A stretch of DNA of 64,000 nucleotides from Deltaproteobacteria bacterium (lineage in GTDB: Bacteria > Desulfobacterota > Desulfobulbia > Desulfobulbales > Desulfocapsaceae): contig PDQQ01000010.1 of assembly GCA_002747825.1 (NCBI GenBank), forward strand, positions 32,461 through 96,460, in the 5' to 3' direction. The position numbers and the translations under genes are program-made. A model generated the notes under the pieces. That model did no database searches. It was not told where the DNA came from and worked only from the letters and a program-made list of their open reading frames with translations. This document shows, piece by piece, positions 42,285 to 51,037 of the stretch. Position 1 is the stretch's first letter, and the number at the start of each line of letters is the position of its first letter.

Positions 42285-42314
42285 AAACTACCCCGCCGCA
42301 AGCAGCGGGGTATT
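42285..42314. repeat. REP-like palindromic element, copy 3
   Basis: aaactaccccgccgcaagcagcggggtatt, 3 nt upstream of the maturase ATG. Confidence 0.8.
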
Positions 42315-42344
42315 GAGGCTTTGGAAAAAGCTTAGCAAACCACT

Positions 42345-42403
42345 AAACTACAAATTTGAACGCCGCAAGCGGCGGGGTATTAGACCCATAACTTCGCAAT
42401 AAA
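42345..42403. repeat. REP-like palindromic element, copy 4
   Basis: aaacta...cgccgcaagcggcggggtattagacccataacttcgcaataaa. Confidence 0.8.
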
Positions 42404-42428
42404 AAAAGGCCGGTATTATCTACCGGCC
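42401..42428 (-). terminator. Intrinsic terminator after the precursor gene
   Basis: Minus strand GGCCGGTA-GATAA-TACCGGCC-TTTTTTT. Confidence 0.85.
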
Positions 42429-42449
42429 AACAATCTTACAACATTATCA

Positions 42450-42468
42450 GGTATGTGAACCACATACC
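42450..42468 (-). promoter_or_regulatory. SECIS-like hairpin for UGA 4 (lies in the 3' UTR)
   Basis: GGTATGTG-GTT-CACATACC starting 14 nt after TGA 42483-42485. Confidence 0.8.
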
Positions 42469-42473
42469 GCTAT

Positions 42474-42938
42474 TTAACCACTTCAGCCACTCTTCGCAGG
42501 TTTCTTTTTCATTGCCTCTTCGGGCTGCTTCACCGCTTCACCGGTATCTTTTAACTCATCAGCAACTTGCTGCCCTTCCTGCTCGACTGCTTTAGCAGTA
42601 TCCTTCAACTCATCGGTCACTTGCTGCCCTTCCTGCTCGACAGCCTTACCGGTAGTTTTTAACTCTTCTATTACAGCACCCCCGGTGCTGCTGGTCGCTC
42701 CACCTCAGCCACTACCTGCGGCGGAATTTACCTTTTTGGTGCTCCCGGCACCATTAGTTGAACCACCTCAGCCACTGCCTGCGGCAGGCTTTGTCTGTTC
42801 GGTGCTCCCGGCACCTGTGGTCGATCCACCTCAACCGCTGCCTGCAGCATGCGCTCCGGGAAGCGTCACGCCACCTGCTCCCAAAAGCCCGGCAACACCA
42901 AGACCTGCCAGTAATTTTTTAAGTTTTTTCTGTCGCAT
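42474..42938 (-). CDS. sbtA: SbtA-type RiPP precursor with four selenocysteines (154 aa; U36, U57, U78, U152)
   Basis: Hand translation: MRQKKLKKLLAGLGVAGLLGAGGVTLPGAHAAGSGUGGSTTGAGSTEQTKPAAGSGUGGSTNGAGSTKKVNSAAGSGUGGATSSTGGAVIEELKTTGKAVEQEGQQVTDELKDTAKAVEQEGQQVADELKDTGEAVKQPEEAMKKKPAKSGUSG then TAA; AAGGAGG RBS. Confidence 0.88.
42674..42690 (-). promoter_or_regulatory. SECIS-like hairpin for UGA 3
   Basis: CAGCAC-CGGGG-GTGCTG starting 14 nt after TGA 42705-42707. Confidence 0.75.
42738..42752 (-). promoter_or_regulatory. SECIS-like hairpin for UGA 2
   Basis: GGTGC-CGGGA-GCACC starting 15 nt after TGA 42768-42770. Confidence 0.75.
42801..42815 (-). promoter_or_regulatory. SECIS-like hairpin for UGA 1
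   Basis: GGTGC-CGGGA-GCACC starting 15 nt after TGA 42831-42833. Confidence 0.75.
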
Positions 42939-42997
42939 ACATACCTCCTTGGTTATACTTCTCAAACAGAAGTGTTTCCGAGTAAAACCATATAAAA

Positions 42998-43026
42998 ATC
43001 CTACGTCTCTTTTCATCGTTCGTCAA
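42998..43026 (-). promoter_or_regulatory. Sigma70-type promoter for the precursor gene
   Basis: Minus strand TTGACG-17 nt-TAGGAT, about 60 nt upstream of the ATG. Confidence 0.7.
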
Positions 43027-43201
43027 GCCTTTTCAGTAAGAAAACGGACAAAAGCTCTTGGAGTGAACGTCTGAAAAAAACTTTATAAGGAAAGGTACAA
43101 AGAAGACCCCAGAGGGAACAACTCTTTTTCTCACTCTACTGTTTGTGACCTTAAAAGACAAGTTCTAAGCCTGCAGAGCAACTTCCAACAAGCCAGATCC
43201 A

Positions 43202-43885
43202 CTATTTTGCACCCCAATGCACCCCAATGGTGCCAAACATAAATTTTTTACAGGAAACATCCCTAAAACCTGCCTTGATAAACAGCTCGGCAAGTTCATC
43301 GGCTGAATAAAAATCCATCGTAGAGCCAGTGAGATAATTATAAGCGGCTTCGTCACGGGCAACCATCTTGCCTAAAACAGGGATCCCGAAACGAAAATAA
43401 AAGCGGATGAAAGGATAGAAAAAATTCTTCTCAGGAGGCGTCGTATCAAGACAAACAATCCGCCCACCCGGCTGCAATACCCGATACACTTCAGCCAACA
43501 CCCGCGCAGGATCGTCAACATTTCTCAATAAATAGCCAAAAGTAACTGCGGTAAAGGTTTCATCTGCAAAGGGTATGGCGTTGGCATCGCAGGAAAGCCA
43601 GTGAATCGTCGAACCAGAAAACCTGCGCTGGGCCTCTTTGAGCATATTGGAAGAAAAATCTCCAGCATACACATCTGCGTCCGGATAGGTTTTCTTTAAC
43701 AGTGCGGCGATATCTCCTGTACCCGTTGCAAGATCAAGCACCTTTCCACCCTCTGGCTGACCGGCCTTTTGCACAACAAGCCTGCGCCATTTCTGATCTT
43801 GGCCAAGGGTCATAAGCCGGTTCATCCTGTCGTAGCGGCCGGCTATACCATCAAACATTTTTTGTATGTCTAATCCTTTTTCCAT
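43202..43885 (-). CDS. menG: Demethylmenaquinone methyltransferase (UbiE/MenG)
   Basis: MFDGIAGRYDRMNRLM, LDLATGTGD, LRNVDD and AYNYL. Confidence 0.88.
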   Translation of the reverse strand: MEKGLDIQKMFDGIAGRYDRMNRLMTLGQDQKWRRLVVQKAGQPEGGKVLDLATGTGDIAALLKKTYPDADVYAGDFSSNMLKEAQRRFSGSTIHWLSCDANAIPFADETFTAVTFGYLLRNVDDPARVLAEVYRVLQPGGRIVCLDTTPPEKNFFYPFIRFYFRFGIPVLGKMVARDEAAYNYLTGSTMDFYSADELAELFIKAGFRDVSCKKFMFGTIGVHWGAK

Positions 43886-44031
43886 CTACCTGCCAGAGTG
43901 TTCATATCGTACTATCTTTGTATTTGCAGCACAGGAGACAGATCTACGCTCAACAACCGAAGCGACTTTTTATGCGCAATGAAGAGAGATCTTTTAACAT
44001 CATACCTGTTGTACAAAAATGAGAAATTATA

Positions 44032-45387
44032 TTAACACGGGGCAAAGCCCGGTGTTCTGGGAAAAGGTATTGTCTCGCGAATATTCGCCATCCCTGTCAC
44101 AAACTGTACAAGACGCTCAAAACCAAGACCAAAGCCCGAATGCGGCACACTGCCATAACGTCGTAAATCAAGGTACCAACTGTACTCTTCAAGGTCCAGC
44201 CCCGCTTCCCGCATTCGTCGCTCAAGAAGCGCAAGACGCTCTTCCCGTTGACTGCCGCCGACAAGCTCACCAATACCAGGGACAAGAACATCCATGGCCG
44301 CAACGGTATCGCCCCCATCGTTGAGGCGCATATAAAACGGTTTGATTGCAGCAGGATAGTCGGTCACCACCAGCGGACAGCGAAACACCTCCTCTGTAAG
44401 ATACCGCTCATGCTCCGACTGCAGATCGTTACCCCAGCTGACCGGATAATCAAATTGCCGCTCTGCCTTCTCGAGTCTTTCCACCGCTTCGCTATAGGAA
44501 ATATGCACAAAATCCTTTTCGATAACGTTCTGCAGTTTCTGCAGCAAACCTTTCTCGATAAATTTGTCAAAAAGCTGCAGATCTTCCTGACAATTCTCCA
44601 CAACATCAAGCAATAGATATTTGACCATCTCTTCTGCAACACGCATATTCCCGGCAAGGTCACAGAAGGCCATTTCCGGCTCAATCATCCAAAATTCAGC
44701 CAAATGTCTGGAGGTATTTGAATTTTCAGCGCGAAACGTGGGGCCAAAGGTATAGACATCACCCAAGGCCAGGGCATACACCTCTGCCTGAAGTTGACCG
44801 CTTACCGTCAGGCCGGCAGGTTTTCCAAAAAAATGCCCACTTGAGACCTTGGGCTGCCCCGTTGTCACCTGAAACATCTCGCCTGCACCTTCGCAGTCAC
44901 TGGTCGTGATAATCGGGGTATGTACCTGAACAAAGCCCCGCTCCTGAAAAAACCGGTGTACGGAAAAACTTAACCTTGATCGTACACGCGCGACCGCTCC
45001 CAGGGCATTGGTTCTTGGCCGCAGCTGAATTATTTCTCGAAGAAATTCAAAAGAATGTCGCTTTTTCTGCAATGGATAACCGGAGTCGGCAAGACCCAAA
45101 ACGACAAGACCTGTAACCTGAAGCTCAACCTCCTGCCCCTTGGCAGGAGATGTTGCCAAAACACCAGAGACCTGGACGCTTACTCCAGTACCAATATTTT
45201 TGATCTCCTGATCATAATTCTCCAGTTCATCGGTAACAACAAGCTGCAGATTACGCAAACAAGAACCATCGTTGAGCTCGACAAAAGAAAAACGCCCGCT
45301 GTCTCTTTTTGTCCTGACCCAGCCGACGACCGTTATCTGCTGATCGATCGGCTTTTCAACAAGAATTTCTTTTATTCTGTTCACCAT
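44032..45387 (-). CDS. asnS: Asparagine--tRNA ligase
   Basis: [34 protein letters not shown] and GLGFER. Confidence 0.97.
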   Translation of the reverse strand: MVNRIKEILVEKPIDQQITVVGWVRTKRDSGRFSFVELNDGSCLRNLQLVVTDELENYDQEIKNIGTGVSVQVSGVLATSPAKGQEVELQVTGLVVLGLADSGYPLQKKRHSFEFLREIIQLRPRTNALGAVARVRSRLSFSVHRFFQERGFVQVHTPIITTSDCEGAGEMFQVTTGQPKVSSGHFFGKPAGLTVSGQLQAEVYALALGDVYTFGPTFRAENSNTSRHLAEFWMIEPEMAFCDLAGNMRVAEEMVKYLLLDVVENCQEDLQLFDKFIEKGLLQKLQNVIEKDFVHISYSEAVERLEKAERQFDYPVSWGNDLQSEHERYLTEEVFRCPLVVTDYPAAIKPFYMRLNDGGDTVAAMDVLVPGIGELVGGSQREERLALLERRMREAGLDLEEYSWYLDLRRYGSVPHSGFGLGFERLVQFVTGMANIRETIPFPRTPGFAPC

Positions 45388-45912
45388 ATATACCTCCTGG
45401 GTAGACGATACATCTCAACCCCCTCGGGCAACGTAACCAATCGTGGGCACAAAAAGCACATCAAGGAGAGGCTACTATAGCAAAATTGATCAATGGTTCA
45501 AGAAAATGAGACGCCTTTGCAGATACTTTTGGAAAAATGACGCAGAAGATCGAGCAAAAAGATATATAACAAAGGGAGCCCCATCTTCAGGCGTTTTTTC
45601 TCCACAATCCCCGGATAGTCACGATTGACCGAACGGGGAATGTTCAGAGGATAAAAATCAAGCACTGAGCAGACACTGAAAAGAAAAAAGTCCCAAGTCT
45701 TCAAGCTGGAGAACGTCCTCCTCATTGGAAAACGTTTCGATCTTCAGGGCTCCCACCTGTAACCTGCACCAGAACTTGGTGAGCAGGTCGCTGGAACCTT
45801 TTATCGGGGGAGGCCTCACTGACCAACGCAGGATGCCTATGAGAAGTTATCAGCAATAGTGGCGGTGCAAGAAAAGAACATGCACCGCGGTTGCAGTTTT
45901 TGCTAAACGGGA

Positions 45913-46203
45913 TTAGGCAATCGGAGTCATCTCATTGACAACAAATTTATCAATCGCCCCTTCGGTTGCCGCAGCAAAATCTTTGAAATGTTGAGACTCC
46001 ATATGAGCCTGCAACAGTTCTTTTGACTCCCAATTCTCAAAAAACAGGAAATGGGCCGGATTTTCATTATCCTGGTGAAGATCGTAGCTGATACAACCTT
46101 GTTCTGCACGGGTTGGTGCAATCAATTTGAGAAGTTCTTTTTTGACGGACTCTATTGTATCTGCCTTTGCCGTGATACTTGCAACGATAGTCAATTTTGC
46201 CAT
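45913..46203 (-). CDS. Putative quinol monooxygenase (ABM domain)
   Basis: TRAEQGCISYDLHQD, FFENW and AHMESQHF. Confidence 0.88.
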   Translation of the reverse strand: MAKLTIVASITAKADTIESVKKELLKLIAPTRAEQGCISYDLHQDNENPAHFLFFENWESKELLQAHMESQHFKDFAAATEGAIDKFVVNEMTPIA

Positions 46204-47035
46204 AGCCTGTCTCCTCCTGTTGTTTATTGATGTAGCTTTTTCTTCGATAAAACTTCAGTCCAACTGCACCTATTCAACCCCCAATATGGGCAGTATATAC
46301 TTCACCGATAAGGCCAGTTACAAACTGGAGGTTTTTGCTTCAAAACTAGAACGACAATGTATCTGCACCAAACAAAACCATTGTAATCAACAGCATTTTG
46401 CAGACCAATTTTACACACCAAAAGGCACATCTTCATCCAAAACACTCTATTTCTTTATAATAAAATGTCCAAGCCAGTGCAAGGGGAGAGCTTGAAACAG
46501 CGGTGATGCAGAATCTCCTTTTCTCAGTAATGGGCGAACGTATATCGATAAGGCTCAACATCTCTCATCACAGCAATCAAGGGCAAAGACATCAGAAACA
46601 GCAAAGGTTGCCACATATAGTAATGATTCTGAGAAGAGAGGAGGTCTCCCTGAATTTTCTTGGTAAATCCGTTTGTGATGAGATAGCAACAGGCCTCTTT
46701 GGAAACACTATTTTAAAAAATGGAGTGAAATAACATCCACAGGATCTGTTTTTCCAATAAAGGCCATTACATATATTTATTTGAGGCTTTTATTTCAGAT
46801 AAAGACGCTCCTTGAATAACCTTGAGTTTTCCCTGTGTTTGAAGGTACATTTCACCGAATACCGTGTAACGAAGACCCACGGAAAAATGACCCATCCGCA
46901 GGGGGAGTTTTTTGTCTCTCTGCAAAAACAGACTGTTTTTTGAGTGAGCTTGATATTTATGTTAAAGTTAAGTAGTCAAAGATAAAATAAAAAAACTCAT
47001 GAGAAATTCGGATTAGAATATACCGGAGTAATACT

Positions 47036-48010
47036 ATGTCTATCACCCTGAGACAGCTTGAAATTTTTATAGCCGTAGCCGAAACGGCACAGGTCACAAA
47101 GGCAAGCAGAAAACTCTATGTTACCCAGTCAGCAGTCAGTATGGCTCTGGCCGAGTTGGAAAATCAACTCGGGGGATCCCTTTTTGACAGGCGTGGCAGA
47201 AGTCTCCTGCTCAACGCCAGGGGACGGTTCTTGTTACCCCATGCAAAGAACGTTACCGCACAGGTCACCAACATCGAGACCATAATGTCAGAGACCAACG
47301 ACAGGCTCACAGGGACAATCACTGTGGTTGCCAGTACGACCCTCGGCAACTACATTCTTCCCTATTTGATCGGCGCTTTTCAGCGGGTTCATCCCAACGT
47401 CCGAATAAACCTTATGGTTTGCAACACACCAAAGGCAGAGAAACGGGTCTTTGAAAAAAAAGCAGAAATTGGCTTTGTCGAAGGCCCTCTCTCAGACAAC
47501 AGTGAGATTGAGTGGGAGAAATGGTTTGAGGATGAGCTGGTTGTTCTTTGTGGCCCATCTGATCCACTGGCACATAACCAAGTTTTTGACGTTACCCGGG
47601 ATATAAAAGGCAAGAAATGGATTATGCGGGAAAAAGGCTCCGGCACCTACGCAAGTATATGTCAACGGTTTGGCAAGTATATGGACGAGATTGACGTGGT
47701 TATGGAGATGGGACACCCGGAAGCCGTAAAAAGGGGCGTTGAATCGGGGGTTGGCATCACCTGTCTGTCTTCGCTGAGTATGTGCAGAGAAGTGGAGCAT
47801 GGCTGGCTGAAAAGTCTCAAAATCAAGGGGCTGGATACCAAGAGACAATTAAAGATTGTCCGTCGAAAAGATCTTGATACAGGCGAGGCCTTAAAGGAGT
47901 TCCTTGTCTTTTGCGATGTAATGAAGATTGACGAAGACAATATGGGATATCTGTCATCACCCTGGAAACTGCAGTCACTGCTTGCCCGTCATTCTGCCTT
48001 GAAAAAATAA
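47036..48010 (+). CDS. LysR-family transcriptional regulator (YeiE/CysL-like)
   Basis: TLRQLEIF, TQSAVS, ASTTLGNYILP and REKGSGT. Confidence 0.92.
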   Translation: MSITLRQLEIFIAVAETAQVTKASRKLYVTQSAVSMALAELENQLGGSLFDRRGRSLLLNARGRFLLPHAKNVTAQVTNIETIMSETNDRLTGTITVVASTTLGNYILPYLIGAFQRVHPNVRINLMVCNTPKAEKRVFEKKAEIGFVEGPLSDNSEIEWEKWFEDELVVLCGPSDPLAHNQVFDVTRDIKGKKWIMREKGSGTYASICQRFGKYMDEIDVVMEMGHPEAVKRGVESGVGITCLSSLSMCREVEHGWLKSLKIKGLDTKRQLKIVRRKDLDTGEALKEFLVFCDVMKIDEDNMGYLSSPWKLQSLLARHSALKK

Positions 48011-48082
48011 CATCTTGCAGCCTTGTCAGCGACAACTGTTTTTTCAAGGCCATACAAAAACTGCAAAACATCCGGGAAAAGG

Positions 48083-48871
48083 CTACAAAAGAGGATCATC
48101 GTAGTACACCTGAACCAATGTCAAACCATGGGCAGGTGCCGTCCAGCCAGCCTGTTTCCTGTCTTTTGCCTCGAGTATTTGAGAAAAATTCTCAGCCGAC
48201 AGCTTGCCCTGGCCTGCCTGCAAAAGGGTCCCCACAATATTTCGCACCATATTCTTCAGAAAACCATCCCCAACAAGCTCAAGGCTTACTCGGGCAGGGG
48301 GATCTTCGAACAGTTTTGCGCTATAGATGGTGCGCACGGCACCTCTGCCGGTCTGGCAGTTCTTATCCCTGGTTCCGCTGTTTTCGAACGATGAAAAATC
48401 ATGACAGCCAATAAGATACGGCAGACAGCTGCGAATCTTTTCAATGTTTAATTCCTGTTTGACGTGATAGGCGTACAACCGCTCCATCGGGGGTTGGATT
48501 TGCCCATTGTATAGACAGTAGCGATACCTTTTCGCCTTTGCCGAAAACCGGGCATGAAAACGCTGATCGGTCTCCTTTGCTTCCAGAATACGGATCGAAG
48601 AGGGGAGCATAGAGTTTAAACCAGAGACAAAGTTGTGACAGGCTATCGAGGAGTAACAGGAAAAATGCGCAACCATCGCCAGGGCGTGTACACCGGCGTC
48701 GGTCCTGCCTGCACCGTGAAGACAAACCTCTTCGTTGGTCATCGTGCTGAGACAGATCTCTATCTCTTCCTGTATGCTTGGCGCATTGCGCTGTCTCTGC
48801 CAACCTTTGTACGCTGTGCCATCGTAGCTGACGACAAGCGCAATGCGGCGTTTTTGCGACTCCACCCTCAC
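48083..48871 (-). CDS. truA: tRNA pseudouridine(38-40) synthase
   Basis: YDGTAYKGWQ, AGRTDAGVHA, FHARFSA and TAPAHGL. Confidence 0.97.
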   Translation of the reverse strand: MRVESQKRRIALVVSYDGTAYKGWQRQRNAPSIQEEIEICLSTMTNEEVCLHGAGRTDAGVHALAMVAHFSCYSSIACHNFVSGLNSMLPSSIRILEAKETDQRFHARFSAKAKRYRYCLYNGQIQPPMERLYAYHVKQELNIEKIRSCLPYLIGCHDFSSFENSGTRDKNCQTGRGAVRTIYSAKLFEDPPARVSLELVGDGFLKNMVRNIVGTLLQAGQGKLSAENFSQILEAKDRKQAGWTAPAHGLTLVQVYYDDPLL

Positions 48872-48876
48872 CCCGA

Positions 48877-49917
48877 TTACGGAAACACGGGTGCCATACC
48901 AAGCCCCGCTTCTTCAGCGAAGCCGCACATAAGGTTCATGTTCTGTACGGCCTGGCCGGCAGCACCCTTCATGATATTGTCAATGGCCGACATCACGATA
49001 ATACGCCCTGAAAACGGATCAATTTTTACACCGATATCACAGTAGTTGGAGCCTCGAACGTATTGCGTTGCCGGAAGCCTCCCCTCCTCGAGCAGTCGAA
49101 CAAAGGTTTCATTTCCGTAAAAATCTCTGTAGAGTTCTGCTACTTCGCCCTCGGTACATTCCCGTTTGAGATCGGCGTATATAGTACTCAGAATCCCCCT
49201 GGCTATAGGCAGTAAATGCGGGGTAAAGGAAAGATGTACCTCCTCGTGGGCAAGAACAGAGAGTTCTTGCTCAATCTCCGGGATATGTCGATGGACTCGA
49301 CCGACCTTGTAGGGTCTGAAACCATCATGGACTTCACAGAACAAGGTTCCCGTCTGGGCTGCCCTGCCGGCCCCAGTGGTTCCCGATTTTGAGTCGGCAA
49401 TAATCGTCTTCACCTGAAGACAATCAGCCTCCAGAAGCGGGGCCAACCCGAGAATGATAGAGGTTGGATAACAGCCGGGATTGGCAAGCAGGTAGGCTGT
49501 TTTTATCGACTCTCTGTAGAGTTCCGGCAGACCGTACACAGCCTTTTCCAGTAAATCTCCAGCACTATGCGGCTGATACCACTTCTCGTAGACAGCCTTG
49601 TCACGGATTCTGAAATCAGCAGACAGGTCAACAACCCTTTTCCCGGCAGCGAGAAGGTCCGGGACAATGTCCATCGCCGTTTTATGTGGAACTGCAGTAA
49701 AGAAGAAATCAGCCCTGTCTACGAGTTCATCGACAGAGAGATTTTCACAGACAACATCGGTTTTTCCGTGCAGACTCGGGAAGACCTCAGCCAACGGCTT
49801 ACCAGCGTACTGTCGTGAGGTGGCAACGCACAGATCGACCATCTCGTGGTTGGATAAAATCCTGGCAAGCTCAGCCCCGGTATAGCCAGAAGCTCCTACA
49901 ATCCCAACTTTTAGCAT
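48877..49917 (-). CDS. argC: N-acetyl-gamma-glutamyl-phosphate reductase
   Basis: GASGYTG, DLSADFR, ANPGCYPT and DNIMKGAAGQAVQN. Confidence 0.97.
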   Translation of the reverse strand: MLKVGIVGASGYTGAELARILSNHEMVDLCVATSRQYAGKPLAEVFPSLHGKTDVVCENLSVDELVDRADFFFTAVPHKTAMDIVPDLLAAGKRVVDLSADFRIRDKAVYEKWYQPHSAGDLLEKAVYGLPELYRESIKTAYLLANPGCYPTSIILGLAPLLEADCLQVKTIIADSKSGTTGAGRAAQTGTLFCEVHDGFRPYKVGRVHRHIPEIEQELSVLAHEEVHLSFTPHLLPIARGILSTIYADLKRECTEGEVAELYRDFYGNETFVRLLEEGRLPATQYVRGSNYCDIGVKIDPFSGRIIVMSAIDNIMKGAAGQAVQNMNLMCGFAEEAGLGMAPVFP

Positions 49918-50052
49918 GCTCTTTCTCCTTTGTAAAAACCGATATGCCAAAAAACAAAAAAAGGGGAACGACAGACAACACTGCCGCTCCCCTCTTCGAG
50001 AAACACGCCGCGCAGGATCTGCACGGTGACAAAGCCCAATGAGCCCGTAAGG

Positions 50053-50445
50053 CTAACGCTTAGAGAATTGAAATTTCGCGCGCGCACCTTTTTGCCCATA
50101 TTTCTTTCTCTCCTTCATACGCGGGTCACGGGTAAGAAGGCCTGACTGCTTGAGCGGCAATCTGTTTTCCGGATCACTCTCCAGGAGAGCCCGCGAAATT
50201 CCGTGGGACAAGGCATCGACCTGGGCAGACTTTCCACCGCCCTTCAACGTGGCAATAACGTCAAACTGCTCGGAGGTCTCTGTTACCTGAAAGGGCTTGG
50301 TTATCTTATAACTTTTAAAGATCTGACCGAAATAGGCATCGGCATCCATCTTGTTCACCGTCACCTTGCCCGTTCCCGGGGTAAGCCAGACCCTGGCAAC
50401 AGCATTTTTTCTCTTCCCTGTAGCGTAAAAGCGGTCCTGATTCAT
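50053..50445 (-). CDS. rpsI: 30S ribosomal protein S9
   Basis: TGKRKNAVARV, LTRDPR and QFSKR. Confidence 0.99.
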   Translation of the reverse strand: MNQDRFYATGKRKNAVARVWLTPGTGKVTVNKMDADAYFGQIFKSYKITKPFQVTETSEQFDVIATLKGGGKSAQVDALSHGISRALLESDPENRLPLKQSGLLTRDPRMKERKKYGQKGARAKFQFSKR

Positions 50446-50462
50446 TCCATAATCTCCAAGAG

Positions 50463-50891
50463 TTAGATATCGAGTTTACTTGGTTGCTGAGCTTCATGAC
50501 GGTGGTTCGGGCCAGCGTATACCTTGAGTTTTTTGAGTTGTGCCCGTCCAAGCTTATTTTTCGGAAGCATGCCCTTAACAGCTTTTATGATGACATCTTC
50601 AGGATGCCTGGCAAGCAGTTCCCGCGCCGAGGTCTCCTTGATACCACCAGGATATCCCGTGTGCCGATAATACTTTTTGTCATCATATTTTTTACCAGTC
50701 AGCACGATCTTCTCTGCATTGGTAACAATAACAAAATCCCCGTTATCAATAAACGAAGAAAAAGTAGGCTTATGCTTTCCCCGGAGCCTGTTTGCCACCT
50801 CGGTCGCCAGACGACCCAGCACCTTATTCTCTGCATCGACCAGATACCATTTTTTCTCTATCTCATTGACTGGGGCAAGATATGTCTTCAT
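50463..50891 (-). CDS. rplM: 50S ribosomal protein L13
   Basis: LGRLAT, LRGKHKP, HTGYPGG and GMLPKN. Confidence 0.99.
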   Translation of the reverse strand: MKTYLAPVNEIEKKWYLVDAENKVLGRLATEVANRLRGKHKPTFSSFIDNGDFVIVTNAEKIVLTGKKYDDKKYYRHTGYPGGIKETSARELLARHPEDVIIKAVKGMLPKNKLGRAQLKKLKVYAGPNHRHEAQQPSKLDI

Positions 50892-50962
50892 CGGAACCTC
50901 AATGGATAAAACAGTTAATAAAAAAAGGCCCGAACAAAGTCGAACCTTTTACAATTCTAAAG

Positions 50963-51037
<75 letters not shown>

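Noticed and set aside
42474-42938. Pseudogene explanation for the in-frame stops
   Set aside because: All four are TGA, all in the same SG-x-(G/S)G motif, each has an in-register hairpin, there are no frameshifts, and promoter, RBS and terminator are intact
42685-43074. Plus-strand 129-aa Pro-rich ORF (PPQPLPAA repeats)
   Set aside because: Antisense shadow of the Gly/Ser-rich precursor repeats; no RBS, and the expression signals are on the minus strand
43202-43885. Methyltransferase as a RiPP tailoring enzyme
   Set aside because: It has typical UbiE/MenG motifs, and the precursor has its own promoter downstream of it
45388-45912. T-box leader for asnS, or glmS ribozyme
   Set aside because: No GGTGGNACC T-box motif on the minus strand; the ccagaact match lacks the rest of the glmS core and there is no glmS gene
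47036-48010. LysR as a selenium-specific regulator of the RiPP locus
   Set aside because: It looks YeiE/CysL-like, is separated by unrelated genes, and has no supporting operator evidence
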